DNA from: Piromyces finnis finn
Taxonomy: Eukaryota; Fungi; Neocallimastigomycota
Direction of reading: 5' to 3'
Length of the DNA: 64,000 nucleotides
Assembly: GCA_002104945.1 (NCBI GenBank)
Contig: MCFH01000032.1
Coordinates: forward strand, 248,001-312,000
Made by a program: the position numbers and the translations under genes. This document shows, piece after piece, positions 1 to 10,445 of this stretch; the first letter of the stretch is position 1, and each line of letters opens with the position of its first letter. Below the pieces are notes generated by a model. It had not been told where the DNA came from. It ran no database searches and saw only the letters and a program-made list of their open reading frames with translations.

Positions 1-1318
1 TTTTATATAAAGAAAATTTATATATTTACCTTATTTTGATTCTCCGGTTCGAAGGACCATTGATATAATTTGATAATAATCTTAATTTTGAATTTTACTT
101 CAAAAAGTGATTATTATATTATATCTTTTGTTATAACTATATAAGTTATATTGATTAAGATTTAAAATCGTTTTTATAAAAATTAATAAAATTGTTTTGT
201 TAAAACACTAAATTGTTTTATTAGAAACACTTGTTTTTCTAATATTTAAATATTTAAAATTTTATTTATTTAAGTATAAAAGTGATTATTAAAATTATAA
301 AATATTAATCTAACTATATAATATTTCTTTATTAATAATAATAATAATGATTAAAATAAGAATATTTACATGTATTTATATTTTCTTTTGAATTTAAACT
401 ATTTACATTAAAACAATAAAATTAATAACTATTTACAATAAAAGTAATTAGAAATAACAATAAAAGAAATAATTAAAAGTTAAAGAATATAAAAAGTTGT
501 TTATTTTACAATTAATTAAAATAATAATTATTTTTAATGTTTTAATAAAGGTGTTTAATTATATTATTTTATAACATGAATTATTATATTTGTTTACTTT
601 TAAAGTGTAATTTACTAACGAAGTTATTAAATATTTAATTTAACAATTAATTTAACAAGAGTTATATATTTTGATCTCGATTAATTAAAGTTTATTATTT
701 TCTTTCAATAATCAAAATATATGCAGTGTTTAGGATTAATTTTATTTAAGAATTTTGGTAAAGTACTTAATTAAACTATAACTTGTTTTAAGTTACTTTT
801 AGGGTTAACTTAAAAATCAGGTATAATAATAATTTTATATTTATTAATTTCATTATTTATCAATAAATTTGTAAAAGGTGTTTTTATAATATTAGTTAAT
901 AAGTTGTATAGTTTAGTTAATTAAGTTAGTTATTACCTCTCTATACGAGTTAATAACTAAATAAAGTTTTATAAAAAATAATAAAAGAAATAAAATAAAT
1001 ATTATAACACTAAAATAATTACAAACAAATGTATAAAGATTTTATGAAATAATGTTTAATTAAATAATTCTATATTAATTATATTTTTTATTTATTAATT
1101 ATAATTATATACATTAATTATTATTATAGTTACTAATTTACTTTAATACTAACGCTAAAGTATTTAACGTTAGTTTTAACTATACTATTTAACTATATTA
1201 GTTTATTTTCTTTACCACTTGATTGGGTAAAGCAAATAAACTTCCTATTTAATTAATAACCATTAATATATGGTTATACATATATCTGGCCAATAAATGG
1301 TGACCAGAATATATGGTT

Positions 1319-2445
1319 TGTTAAGTTTTTGGGTTTGGTTATGTGGCCAGGTCAGAATGTTATTAATTATATAGTAAAAATGTTTTTTAAGAAATTAAAT
1401 TTAATTATAAAATAACACCTTAAACTCCCAAATGAAAAATGAAAAATTTATATTTACTTTAAAATAACTTTTTATAAATTTTTTATTTATTTAATAATAA
1501 TAATATAAATGATATTATAAGTAACTATATAATTAAGATTATAACTATAATCTTTACAAAGAATTAAAATCGAATTCAATTCATTTTCTTTTATATTCTT
1601 TGTTCAGATTATTAAATTGATATTAATAAGAATAAAGTATTACATGTAATATATTAGTAATATAATTAAATAAGTAATAAGATTGTTTGTTTGTTTGTTT
1701 GTCATGACATAAAATAAAATAAACATATGATTAATCATTTAAACAGTTGATCCTAATTAGTAATTATAAAAACTATTCAATTAATAATTCATCATTATTA
1801 ATTGATATTACCATAACATATTTGTTATAATTAAATAATTATTATTTTCAAAATTATTTCTAATAAAACTTGCCGTTAACCTATTTTATAATAATTAAGA
1901 TTATTTAATTTATAGGTGTTAACTGTTACACCTAAATGGGTCTAGTTCTATTTTTAGTAACAATCGTTATCATTAATTAAATTAATATAACTAAAATTCC
2001 TATTGATATAATTTTAATTTCATCAAGTCATAAGAAATATTTATGATCCATACTTGATATCATATTGATTTTAATTTACCTAATAAAATCTTTAAATGAT
2101 CATAACTTCCTTAAATGATCAGTTAGAAGGACCGCGATTGTACCAAATTGTAGCTTTCTTCCTAAGCTTTCCAATAAACCTAGTTTCACAGCCTACTACT
2201 TACAGCCGTAGCGATCGTTTTTGGCGAGTTACACCTTATTTCGTACTTGCTTATTTTTGGTTAAGGGTTATAGTGTATTGATATTAAATTTTTGAAATCA
2301 TAACCCTTTCACTGAATCAAAATTTAAAAGGTGACTTTTAAAAGTGTTTTAAAATAATTATTGAAATTATTTAATTATAATTATTATGTTTAATTAATTA
2401 TAGATATTATCTGAATTTGTTTTAAATCCAGTTAATATCTTCACA
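1319..2445 (-). mobile_element. Solo LTR of the Gypsy-2 family
   Basis: Reverse complement of the LTR at 31319-32446, with TG...CA termini. Exact 5-bp TSD TGGTT at 1314-1318 and 2446-2450. Confidence 0.92.
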
Positions 2446-2512
2446 TGGTTTCAATTGAAATATTTGTGGGCAAACTTATGGCCACAAATATTTCTTACAA
2501 AATTCATAGAAT

Positions 2513-2584
2513 GGGGTGTTAGCTCAGCGGTAGAGCAATTGACTGCAGATCAATAGGTCTTCGGTTCAAATCCGGAACGCCCCT
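2513..2584 (+). tRNA. tRNA-Cys(GCA)
   Basis: 72-nt cloverleaf: acceptor GGGGTGT/ACGCCCC, D arm GCTC/GAGC, anticodon arm ATTGA-CTGCAGA-TCAAT, T loop GGTTCAAATCC, U73 discriminator. Confidence 0.96.
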
Positions 2585-2697
2585 ATTTATGATATTATAT
2601 GAATTTATTTTAAATTTAGTTCCTAAAAAAATGATAAAATAATTTTATATATTTTATTTACTATTAATTAATTATATAATTATATATTATTTATTTT

Positions 2698-3052
2698 TTT
2701 TATGTTTAAATATTATTATTATAATATTTTATATAACACCAACACTTTATAAATAAATATTTGTATAATATGTATATATATTATTTTATATTTATTTATT
2801 ATTATTTATTTATTAATATTTGTTATTAATATTTATTATTATTTAATACAAGTTATTTAATAGTGTCTTTTCTTATATTATGAAAAGAACTTCATTTTAA
2901 TAATAGTAAAAATATATATTTATATAATATTAAATAAAATTATACTTTTCATATAATTAATTTAATTAATACATAAAAATTTAAATAATATATAATTATA
3001 TAATTAATTAATAGTAAATAAAATATAAAATTATTTCATTATAATTTTAACA
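2698..3052 (-). repeat. Copia-1 3' LTR
   Basis: Direct repeat of 8180-8534. The sense strand starts TGTTAAAA. The left boundary lies in a T run and was set by TSD fit. Confidence 0.88.
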
Positions 3053-3112
3053 TTCTCCCAAAAGTATAAATACTTTTATTTAATATTCATTTAATATTCA
3101 TTTAATATTCAT

Positions 3113-6100
3113 TTAATATTTATGTAATAAATTATTTCTAAAAATAGACATTTTTGTAGCATCCAAATATTTTGTGAAACCATCAGCAATGTTATTTAAG
3201 GACTTGATATATTCCAATTTAATTTTTTTCTCTTTTACCATTTCTCTTATTTTATGATACTTAATATCAATATGTTTTGATTTTGGATTAATAGTATCAT
3301 TTTCAGCATTATAAATTGCTGCCTGGTTGTCAATGTTTATTACAGTACATTTATGAGTTATCCCTAACTCATTAAGTATGTTTGTATACCAAAGTGAATG
3401 TTTTCCGCACTCACATAAGCTGTAATATTCTGACTCAGCTGTAGAGGTAGCAATACAATGTTGAAGTTTCGAAAACCAACTCGTGGGACCACTTCCCATG
3501 AATAAAACAAATCCGGTGGTTGATCTTCTGGTTACTTTGTCACTACCGTAGTCTGCGTCTACAAAAGTCTTTAAAGAAGCTTCGCCTGAATAGAGCAATC
3601 CGTAATTAATGGTTCCTTTGAGGTATTTAAAAATTTGAATAACATTCTCCCAGTCTTTAAAAGTAGGTTCTTGTGATTTTCTGGCTGCTTTGGTGACTGA
3701 AAATAAAATGTCTGGTCTAGTAGATATAGCAAGATATAGTAAACTACCAATGGCTGCACGATACTTTGTTGGGTTATATTTTTCTTGTTTATCATCAACT
3801 TCGTTTGCTGGTTTAGGTGTTTTGCAAGGTTTACAGTTTTCTAAGTTGAATTTTCTTAAGATATCTCTAAGGTATCTTTCTTGGTGAAGTAAGTATCCAT
3901 TGTTTAATTTTTCAAATTTAATTCCAATAATAAAATCTGCATATCCAATATCGGTAACTTTGTATCTTTTCTTTAGTAATTCTTTAGTTTTATTTATTTC
4001 ATAATTGTTACCTGATATTAGGATATCATCGACATATATTCCTAACAAACATTTTATATTATTGTTATCATCTTTCTTAACGAAAATACAGGGTTCACTT
4101 ACCAGTCTTTTAAATCCAATATTAGTTAAAGTATCAGTTATATTATTATTCCATTCTCGTGCTGCTTGCTTGAGACCATAGAGTGCCTTATTTACTTTCC
4201 AATAGCCTTTTCGGTAAGTAGAGTCTCCTTCTGGAGCATACATATAAATACATTCATTTAAGTCAGCATATAAATAAGCTGCCTTTATATCTAATTGATG
4301 TATATAAAATTTCCTTTCTGCTGAAATAGCTGTAAGAATTCTTAGTGAATCATGTTTTAATGTTGGAGAAAATGTTTCTTTGTAGTCCGTACCGTATTCT
4401 TGAGTGAATCCTCTAGCTACTAAGCGTGCTTTATACTTGGTAATGTTTCCTTTGCTATCCCTTTTAATTTTGAACACCCATTTTGAGGTAATTACATTAG
4501 TATTTTGTGGAACTTTGTTTATTTTTTCATATACTTTGCGTTCTTTCATATTGTTTAATTCATCATTTATAGCGTCAAGCCATCTTCTTTTATCTTTCCT
4601 CTTAAAGATTTCAAAAAAACTTGTTGGTTCTGTTATTTGGTTATCTGTCGTTGATGATTTATCAACGTTATTTATTTCTTTTCTTATTCTTTTACTAGTT
4701 GTATACTTTTCATTATTATCCAAAATTTTTCTTTTGTTCCTTGGATAATTTGGATATTGTCTTTGTTCTACATCTAGTGAATGGTTTGGAATATAGCTTA
4801 ATGAGTTATTATTTTTTTTCTGTTTATTTTTATTTAATTCTGATAAACTAATTCCATTGTCCAAGTCTTTAGCCTTATAAGAAATTTTGTTCTTAGATAT
4901 TCTTTCGCTTTCAATTATTTTATTTATCCTTTCTTCTTTGTTTAAGAATTTATTTCTTTTAATTTTAATTTTACTTTCATCTTCACTTTCTTCGTCACTG
5001 TCGATTACTTTTCTTTTATTTTTCTTTTTATGAATATTATTATTATTGTTTTTAATTTTATAACTGTTATTGTCTTTCATATTATTAATGAAGTTATTAT
5101 TTATATTATTATTTATATTATTCTTATTATGTGAATTAATAATATTAACGTTGTTATCGTCATTATTATCATTAAATTTATTTATATGATTTATATTATT
5201 AATATCATTATCATCATATATTTCATTAATATTTTTATTTGTTTTATTTAAATTATTATCTTCTTTTGTATTATTATTTTTATTTTTTATTTTATTTTTA
5301 TTTTTTATTTTATTTTTATTTAAATCATTACTTTCATTTGAATTATTATTTTCATCTGAAATATTGTTTTTATTTGAATTGTTATTTTCATTTAAATTAT
5401 TATTTTCATTTAAATTATTATTTATATTTAAATTGTTATTTATATTTAAATTGTTATTTTCTTTTAAAATATTATTTTCATTTATGTTATAATTTTTAAT
5501 GTTTTCTTTATTATTATTGTTATAAATAATATTATCCTTATTATTATTACTATTAATGCCGATATAGTTATTGTTGGCATTATATTTTATTTTATTAAAA
5601 TTATTTGAAAAATCATTGTTATTAATGTTTGATGATATGCCAATTTCTATGTCCTGTTGAAGACTTTCGTTATCGTCCCCCTCCATTTCATTGATTAATG
5701 AATCATAATCGATGAAATTGACATTTTTGACATTATCATCAAAATTAAAATTACCTGGTTGGTCTTCTAAAAATTCAACTACTCTTTTGATGACAATTTT
5801 AAAAGAATTTAAGTCAAAAATTCTGAATCCGGTAGAAGTGTCATCATAACCAATAAATATGCCAGGTAGCGAAGTGCTTTCAAATTTGTGTTTTTCAGTG
5901 TTACGTTTAAGATGTAACACTTTACATCCAAAAACACGAAATTTACTGTAGTCTACTGGGATATTATATAACATTTCATGGGGTACCTTCAAGTCATTTC
6001 CATTGTGAGGTAACCTGTTATGTATATAATTGGCAGTTCTGACTGCGTCTTCCCAGAATCTTCTACATAATTTAGCATCTTGCATCATAGTGGTAGCTGC

Positions 6101-6505
6101 ATGGATTAGTACTCCATTAAACCTTTCAGCGCGTCCATTTTGTTGTGGATTATATGATACAGTGAATTGTTGTGTAATACCATGAGTATCACAAAAATTT
6201 TTAAAATTTAAAGACTTATATTCTGTACCATTATCACTTCTTAAATATGTAATATTCTTTTTAAATTCATTGGTAACTTTATTATACCATATTTTAAACG
6301 CGTTAAACGCGTCACTTTTATTTTTTATAAAAATTACCCATCCATATCTTGAATAATCATCTAAAAAGGTAATAAAATAATGATTACCGTATATAGATGA
6401 CGCGTTAATGGGTCCAACTATATCAGTATGTACTAATTGAAGTACTTCTGTACTTTTATTAGTAGAACTATGATATGGTTGATTTTTTTTTTTGATAATG
6501 AACAT
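3113..6505 (-). CDS. Copia pol: integrase core, Asn-rich spacer, reverse transcriptase, RNase H
   Basis: IN motifs LVHTDIVGP, FLDDYSR, LRSDNGTEY and PQQNGRAER. RT motifs KARLVARGFTQ and YVDDILI. RNase H motifs FVDADYG and KSKHIDIKYH. The frame joins the upstream ORF across an A11 run, so the annotated start is not the real one. Confidence 0.93.
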   Translation of the reverse strand: MFIIKKKNQPYHSSTNKSTEVLQLVHTDIVGPINASSIYGNHYFITFLDDYSRYGWVIFIKNKSDAFNAFKIWYNKVTNEFKKNITYLRSDNGTEYKSLNFKNFCDTHGITQQFTVSYNPQQNGRAERFNGVLIHAATTMMQDAKLCRRFWEDAVRTANYIHNRLPHNGNDLKVPHEMLYNIPVDYSKFRVFGCKVLHLKRNTEKHKFESTSLPGIFIGYDDTSTGFRIFDLNSFKIVIKRVVEFLEDQPGNFNFDDNVKNVNFIDYDSLINEMEGDDNESLQQDIEIGISSNINNNDFSNNFNKIKYNANNNYIGINSNNNKDNIIYNNNNKENIKNYNINENNILKENNNLNINNNLNINNNLNENNNLNENNNSNKNNISDENNNSNESNDLNKNKIKNKNKIKNKNNNTKEDNNLNKTNKNINEIYDDNDINNINHINKFNDNNDDNNVNIINSHNKNNINNNINNNFINNMKDNNSYKIKNNNNNIHKKKNKRKVIDSDEESEDESKIKIKRNKFLNKEERINKIIESERISKNKISYKAKDLDNGISLSELNKNKQKKNNNSLSYIPNHSLDVEQRQYPNYPRNKRKILDNNEKYTTSKRIRKEINNVDKSSTTDNQITEPTSFFEIFKRKDKRRWLDAINDELNNMKERKVYEKINKVPQNTNVITSKWVFKIKRDSKGNITKYKARLVARGFTQEYGTDYKETFSPTLKHDSLRILTAISAERKFYIHQLDIKAAYLYADLNECIYMYAPEGDSTYRKGYWKVNKALYGLKQAAREWNNNITDTLTNIGFKRLVSEPCIFVKKDDNNNIKCLLGIYVDDILISGNNYEINKTKELLKKRYKVTDIGYADFIIGIKFEKLNNGYLLHQERYLRDILRKFNLENCKPCKTPKPANEVDDKQEKYNPTKYRAAIGSLLYLAISTRPDILFSVTKAARKSQEPTFKDWENVIQIFKYLKGTINYGLLYSGEASLKTFVDADYGSDKVTRRSTTGFVLFMGSGPTSWFSKLQHCIATSTAESEYYSLCECGKHSLWYTNILNELGITHKCTVINIDNQAAIYNAENDTINPKSKHIDIKYHKIREMVKEKKIKLEYIKSLNNIADGFTKYLDATKMSIFRNNLLHKY

Positions 6506-8151
6506 GTTTCACAAATATCTTTAATGTTTATATTTAATAATTTATTTTCAATACTTTTGGCATGAAAATGACCTAATCTTCTATGCCAAAGATGTAATTT
6601 TTCATCATTATTTAACTTCCTAATTGAATAACAATACATTGGATTTTGTATTTGGTAGTTAAATAATTTTGTCTTTGATATATAAACATTAAATATGTTA
6701 TGTTCATCTTCTCTTGATACATATATATTATTTTTATTTTTATCTTGGATAAATGCTGTGGCAGCATTATTTATATATTTAAAATTTACATTAAGACCTT
6801 CTTTAACAAAATTTGAAATAGATATTAAATTCCTTTTAATATCTGGAACATATAAAACATTTTTTAAAATTATTTGTTCTTTATTAAAGTAGCCTTTTAT
6901 GTTGCCTATATGTGTAGAATAACCAACTTCACCATCCGCATAGTAAATTGGTTCTTTATGTCTTTTAATTTTATATAATAATTTAATATCGTTTGTAAGG
7001 TGAACTGATGCTCCTGAATCTAGCATCCACATACTAAAGTTCCCGTTTGATTTTATAACCTTTTTATATTTTTTATTTGAAAAATTTACTTTTACAACGC
7101 TGTTTGATTCTTTTTCATATGTAGAATCATAATCAACGTTGAATAAATTTGGTGTTATATCCTTGTAGTTACTTCTTTGTTTTGTAACTACATCTGCATA
7201 TTTCTTTTTATATTTTTTATTTTGTTTATTTTTATAATTTTTATTGTTTGAATTATATTCTTTTGCTAATTTTTCTTTAAATATGCAGTTTCTTTCAATG
7301 TGGCCTCTTTTATTACAAAAATGACATATTATATCATTTTTATTTTTATTATTTTTATTTTTATAATTTGAAAATTTATTATTTTTATGATTATAATTAT
7401 CATAATTTCCATAGCCACTTTCACTACTAAAAACTTGATTAAATCCAAGCCTATTACTTCGTTCCCTTTCTTCTGACCTTTGAACAGACTGAACTCTATT
7501 TGATACATATTCTCTACATAAAGTCCAGTTATCTTCATAATCGAATATATTTATCCATTGGTATTGTTTTGGCATAGCTCTGTATAAAACGGCAGCCTTT
7601 TCTTCTTCATCTATATGGACTCCCATGGATTCTAATGTTTCAAATTTTAAATTTAGTTTATTTACAAAACTGGCTATACTATCTTGTGGGTTGTATTTCA
7701 TCATATTCACTTCTTTAATAAGGTCAGTTTTCTTACTGGATTGGTTTCCTATATATATACTTTCTAAAGTTTTCCATATTTGGTAACCAGTAAGTGTTCT
7801 ACTTTGAACATCTTCAACTGATTTTGGTGCTAATGTACTTCTAATAAACATTCTTACTTTATTATCAATAGCAAGAGTTTCATCTGTTACATTTTTATTA
7901 TAGTACATGTTAGGCTCATGTGGGACTTCTTTATAATTTTCTTTTTCACTCTCTGATATATTCTTTATATATATCTTTGGAGTTTTATTTTCATCAATAT
8001 ATTCTTCCAAACCGCAGCATCTTAAAATATCTCTGACTTTGATCTGCCAAGCTTGAAAATTTTCTTTATTAAGTTCTATTTGGAATTTTCCTATAAAACT
8101 AGAAGGGTCCATATTTGAACTTAGTAGATTTTTATTTTTATTATTAGACAT
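6433..8151 (-). CDS. Copia gag-protease-GAG-pre-integrase
   Basis: Zinc knuckle CHFCNKRGHIERNC, protease WMLDSGASVHL, pre-integrase LWHRRLGH...CETC. The ATG lies 14 nt after the PBS. Confidence 0.92.
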   Translation of the reverse strand: MSNNKNKNLLSSNMDPSSFIGKFQIELNKENFQAWQIKVRDILRCCGLEEYIDENKTPKIYIKNISESEKENYKEVPHEPNMYYNKNVTDETLAIDNKVRMFIRSTLAPKSVEDVQSRTLTGYQIWKTLESIYIGNQSSKKTDLIKEVNMMKYNPQDSIASFVNKLNLKFETLESMGVHIDEEEKAAVLYRAMPKQYQWINIFDYEDNWTLCREYVSNRVQSVQRSEERERSNRLGFNQVFSSESGYGNYDNYNHKNNKFSNYKNKNNKNKNDIICHFCNKRGHIERNCIFKEKLAKEYNSNNKNYKNKQNKKYKKKYADVVTKQRSNYKDITPNLFNVDYDSTYEKESNSVVKVNFSNKKYKKVIKSNGNFSMWMLDSGASVHLTNDIKLLYKIKRHKEPIYYADGEVGYSTHIGNIKGYFNKEQIILKNVLYVPDIKRNLISISNFVKEGLNVNFKYINNAATAFIQDKNKNNIYVSREDEHNIFNVYISKTKLFNYQIQNPMYCYSIRKLNNDEKLHLWHRRLGHFHAKSIENKLLNINIKDICETCSLSKKKINHIIVLLIKVQKYFN

Positions 8152-8165
8152 TTTCTTGAGACAAT

Positions 8166-8179
8166 TGAGACTCTTAATC
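8166..8179 (-). promoter_or_regulatory. Primer-binding site complementary to the tRNA-Lys(CUU) anticodon arm (nt 27-40)
   Basis: The plus strand reads TGAGACTCTTAATC, abutting the 5' LTR. The same 14-mer occurs at 19560-19573 in Copia-2. Confidence 0.8.
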
Positions 8180-8534
8180 TTTTATGTTTAAATATTATTA
8201 TTATAATATTTTATATAACACCAACACTTTATAAATAAATATTTGTATAATATGTATATATATTATTTTATATTTATTTATTATTATTTATTTATTAATA
8301 TTTGTTATTAATATTTATTATTATTTAATACAAGTTATTTAATAGTGTCTTTTCTTATATTATGAAAAGAACTTCATTTTAATAATAGTAAAAATATATA
8401 TTTATATAATATTAAATAAAATTATACTTTTCATATAATTAATTTAATTAATACATAAAAATTTAAATAATATATAATTATATAATTAATTAATAGTAAA
8501 TAAAATATAAAATTATTTCATTATAATTTTAACA
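8180..8534 (-). repeat. Copia-1 5' LTR
   Basis: Direct repeat of 2698-3052. Confidence 0.9.
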
Positions 8535-9722
8535 ATTTTTATGTATTAATTAAATTAATTATATGAAAAGTATAATTTTATTTTATGATGCGTTGACCGG
8601 AATATTTTTGAATAATATAATGTTTTTAATAAATAATAAATTCTATATTATTTTGATGGAACAATAAATTTAAAATAAAATAAAATATGTTTTATAATTA
8701 ACAAATAAATCACTCAAAACTCGAAAATAAACTCTTATTATGTTTTAAATTAAATTTTTATTATATTTTATAATTTATTTATTATCTGTTTATGGTCTTT
8801 TTATTCTCTATTTATTGTCCGCCCTTTATAAAGAAGAATTTTATCTTCCTTTTATACATTTTCATTTATTACATGTATTATTATTTTTAACTATTAAATG
8901 TTATTATTACTATTGTTATTATTTATTAAAATTAAAAGAATAAATTAAAATTATGTCTTAGTATTATAAAATATTATAGAATATTACTTATTTGATTTTC
9001 TTATTACTTCAAAATGTTTAAATTTAGAAAAATTATTATAAATTATCATTGACTATCATTAAAATGTATAATACCTTGAATAAAATAATTAAAATTTAAA
9101 ATTAAAATAATATTAAAATAAAATTAAAATAAAATTAAAATAAAATTAAAATAAAATTAAAATAAAATTAAAATATTAAAAGTATCAATTATTATAAGCA
9201 CACATTTTATAGAAAAACATAAAAGAGTTTTGTATTTTATCTTAAAATCGTTATTATTGTTCTATTTCCAGGTTTTAAGTTTATCATTTTAGTAAAAATT
9301 ACTCAATTAGTTATTTATTAATTTATAAGTTTAAAAGAATTTCTAAAGAACACTTGGAAAAAACATTAGAATTAATAATTTGATGTATACCATTTTATTT
9401 TTAGTTTGTTTATTCATTTTTATTTATTTATTATTATTTTATTATTTTAATACATTTTTGGATTAAGTCGTTTTATTTTATTTAATAATTTATTTTATTA
9501 TTATCACTATTAGGTCGTTTTTACTCAGAATTTATTATATAATAAAGAGAATATTATTTATTTAAGAAAGGGCCATATATTCATAAAATTATTATTCATT
9601 CATTTTTAAAGGTTATTATCATTTATTTTTATTATAAGTTACTATGGGTTAAATCGCGTTTATTCAGCTAGTTTTTATTATGTTTTTATGTGAGTAGCGT
9701 ATCACACATGATACAAGGTAAA

Positions 9723-10440
9723 TGTAAAGATATAAGATATATCTTTAAATTATTTAATAATTAATTAATAATTGTATAAAAATCTTGATATTTTAATGGG
9801 AATTATTCATAAAATTTATTGAATAAATTTTATGGAATAATTAAATAATAATTAATTTTAAAATATCAAGGTTAAGAAATAAAATTTGGATAAATATTTA
9901 AATTAATGGATAATTAAATTTAAATATTTTAAATATTCAAATTAAATCTTAAAAAGTTTTTATTTAATTAAAATTAGTTTAATAACTTTAGCGTAGTTTT
10001 AAAATAAGTTTTTTTAATAAGAAATATATTATAAATAGTATTATTAATATTAAAATAATATATAAATAATACATGGATTGTATTCAATTTGCAGTTTACT
10101 CAAATTGAATCAAAAGTGTATTTAATTTGTTTTAGTTTAGTTTTATTATTTTATTATTTATTTAAATTTGTATTAAATTAGTTTTGTTTATTTTATATTA
10201 AATATATGTATAATTGAATGGAAAATATATAAAATGAATGTAAATGAAAAAATATATAAATACATGTATTTTTTCCAAATTTTAAATAAACGTAGTTGTT
10301 ATTGACTATTATATAGTTAATAACTTTTAAAAAGAAATATTAATTGAAAATTTTTATTTAAATTTTAGTGTTTAAATTTTTTTATTTTTTTGTGTTTTAT
10401 TGTAAAAAATAATAATCTGTTTTACAATTATTATTTTACA
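9723..10440 (+). mobile_element. Solo LTR, diverged Gypsy-1 subfamily (G1b)
   Basis: TGTAAAGATATA...TTTTACA, homologous to 22238-22964. Exact TSD GTAAA at 9718-9722 and 10441-10445. Confidence 0.9.
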
Positions 10441-10445
10441 GTAAA

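Larger units (their letters stand above)
2698..8534 (-). mobile_element. Ty1/copia LTR retrotransposon (Copia-1), near full length
   Basis: Two 355-bp LTRs with no differences seen by eye. TSD ATTTT at 2693-2697 and 8535-8539. PPT-like GGGAGAA at 3053-3059 (- strand). Domain order gag-PR-IN-RT-RH. Confidence 0.95.

Noticed and set aside
2096-2281. 61-aa ORF present three times (also 31483-31668 and 37883-38068)
   Set aside because: It lies antisense within the Gypsy-2 LTR and is identical only because the copies are recent. The diverged copy near 12228 has an in-frame TAG.
3078-3122. 11-bp tandem (TTTAATATTCA, about 4 copies) at the Copia-1 stop codon
   Set aside because: Simple slippage duplication with no evident function.
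9113-9180. AAAATTAAAAT tandem run
   Set aside because: Ordinary low-complexity minisatellite in an AT-rich genome.
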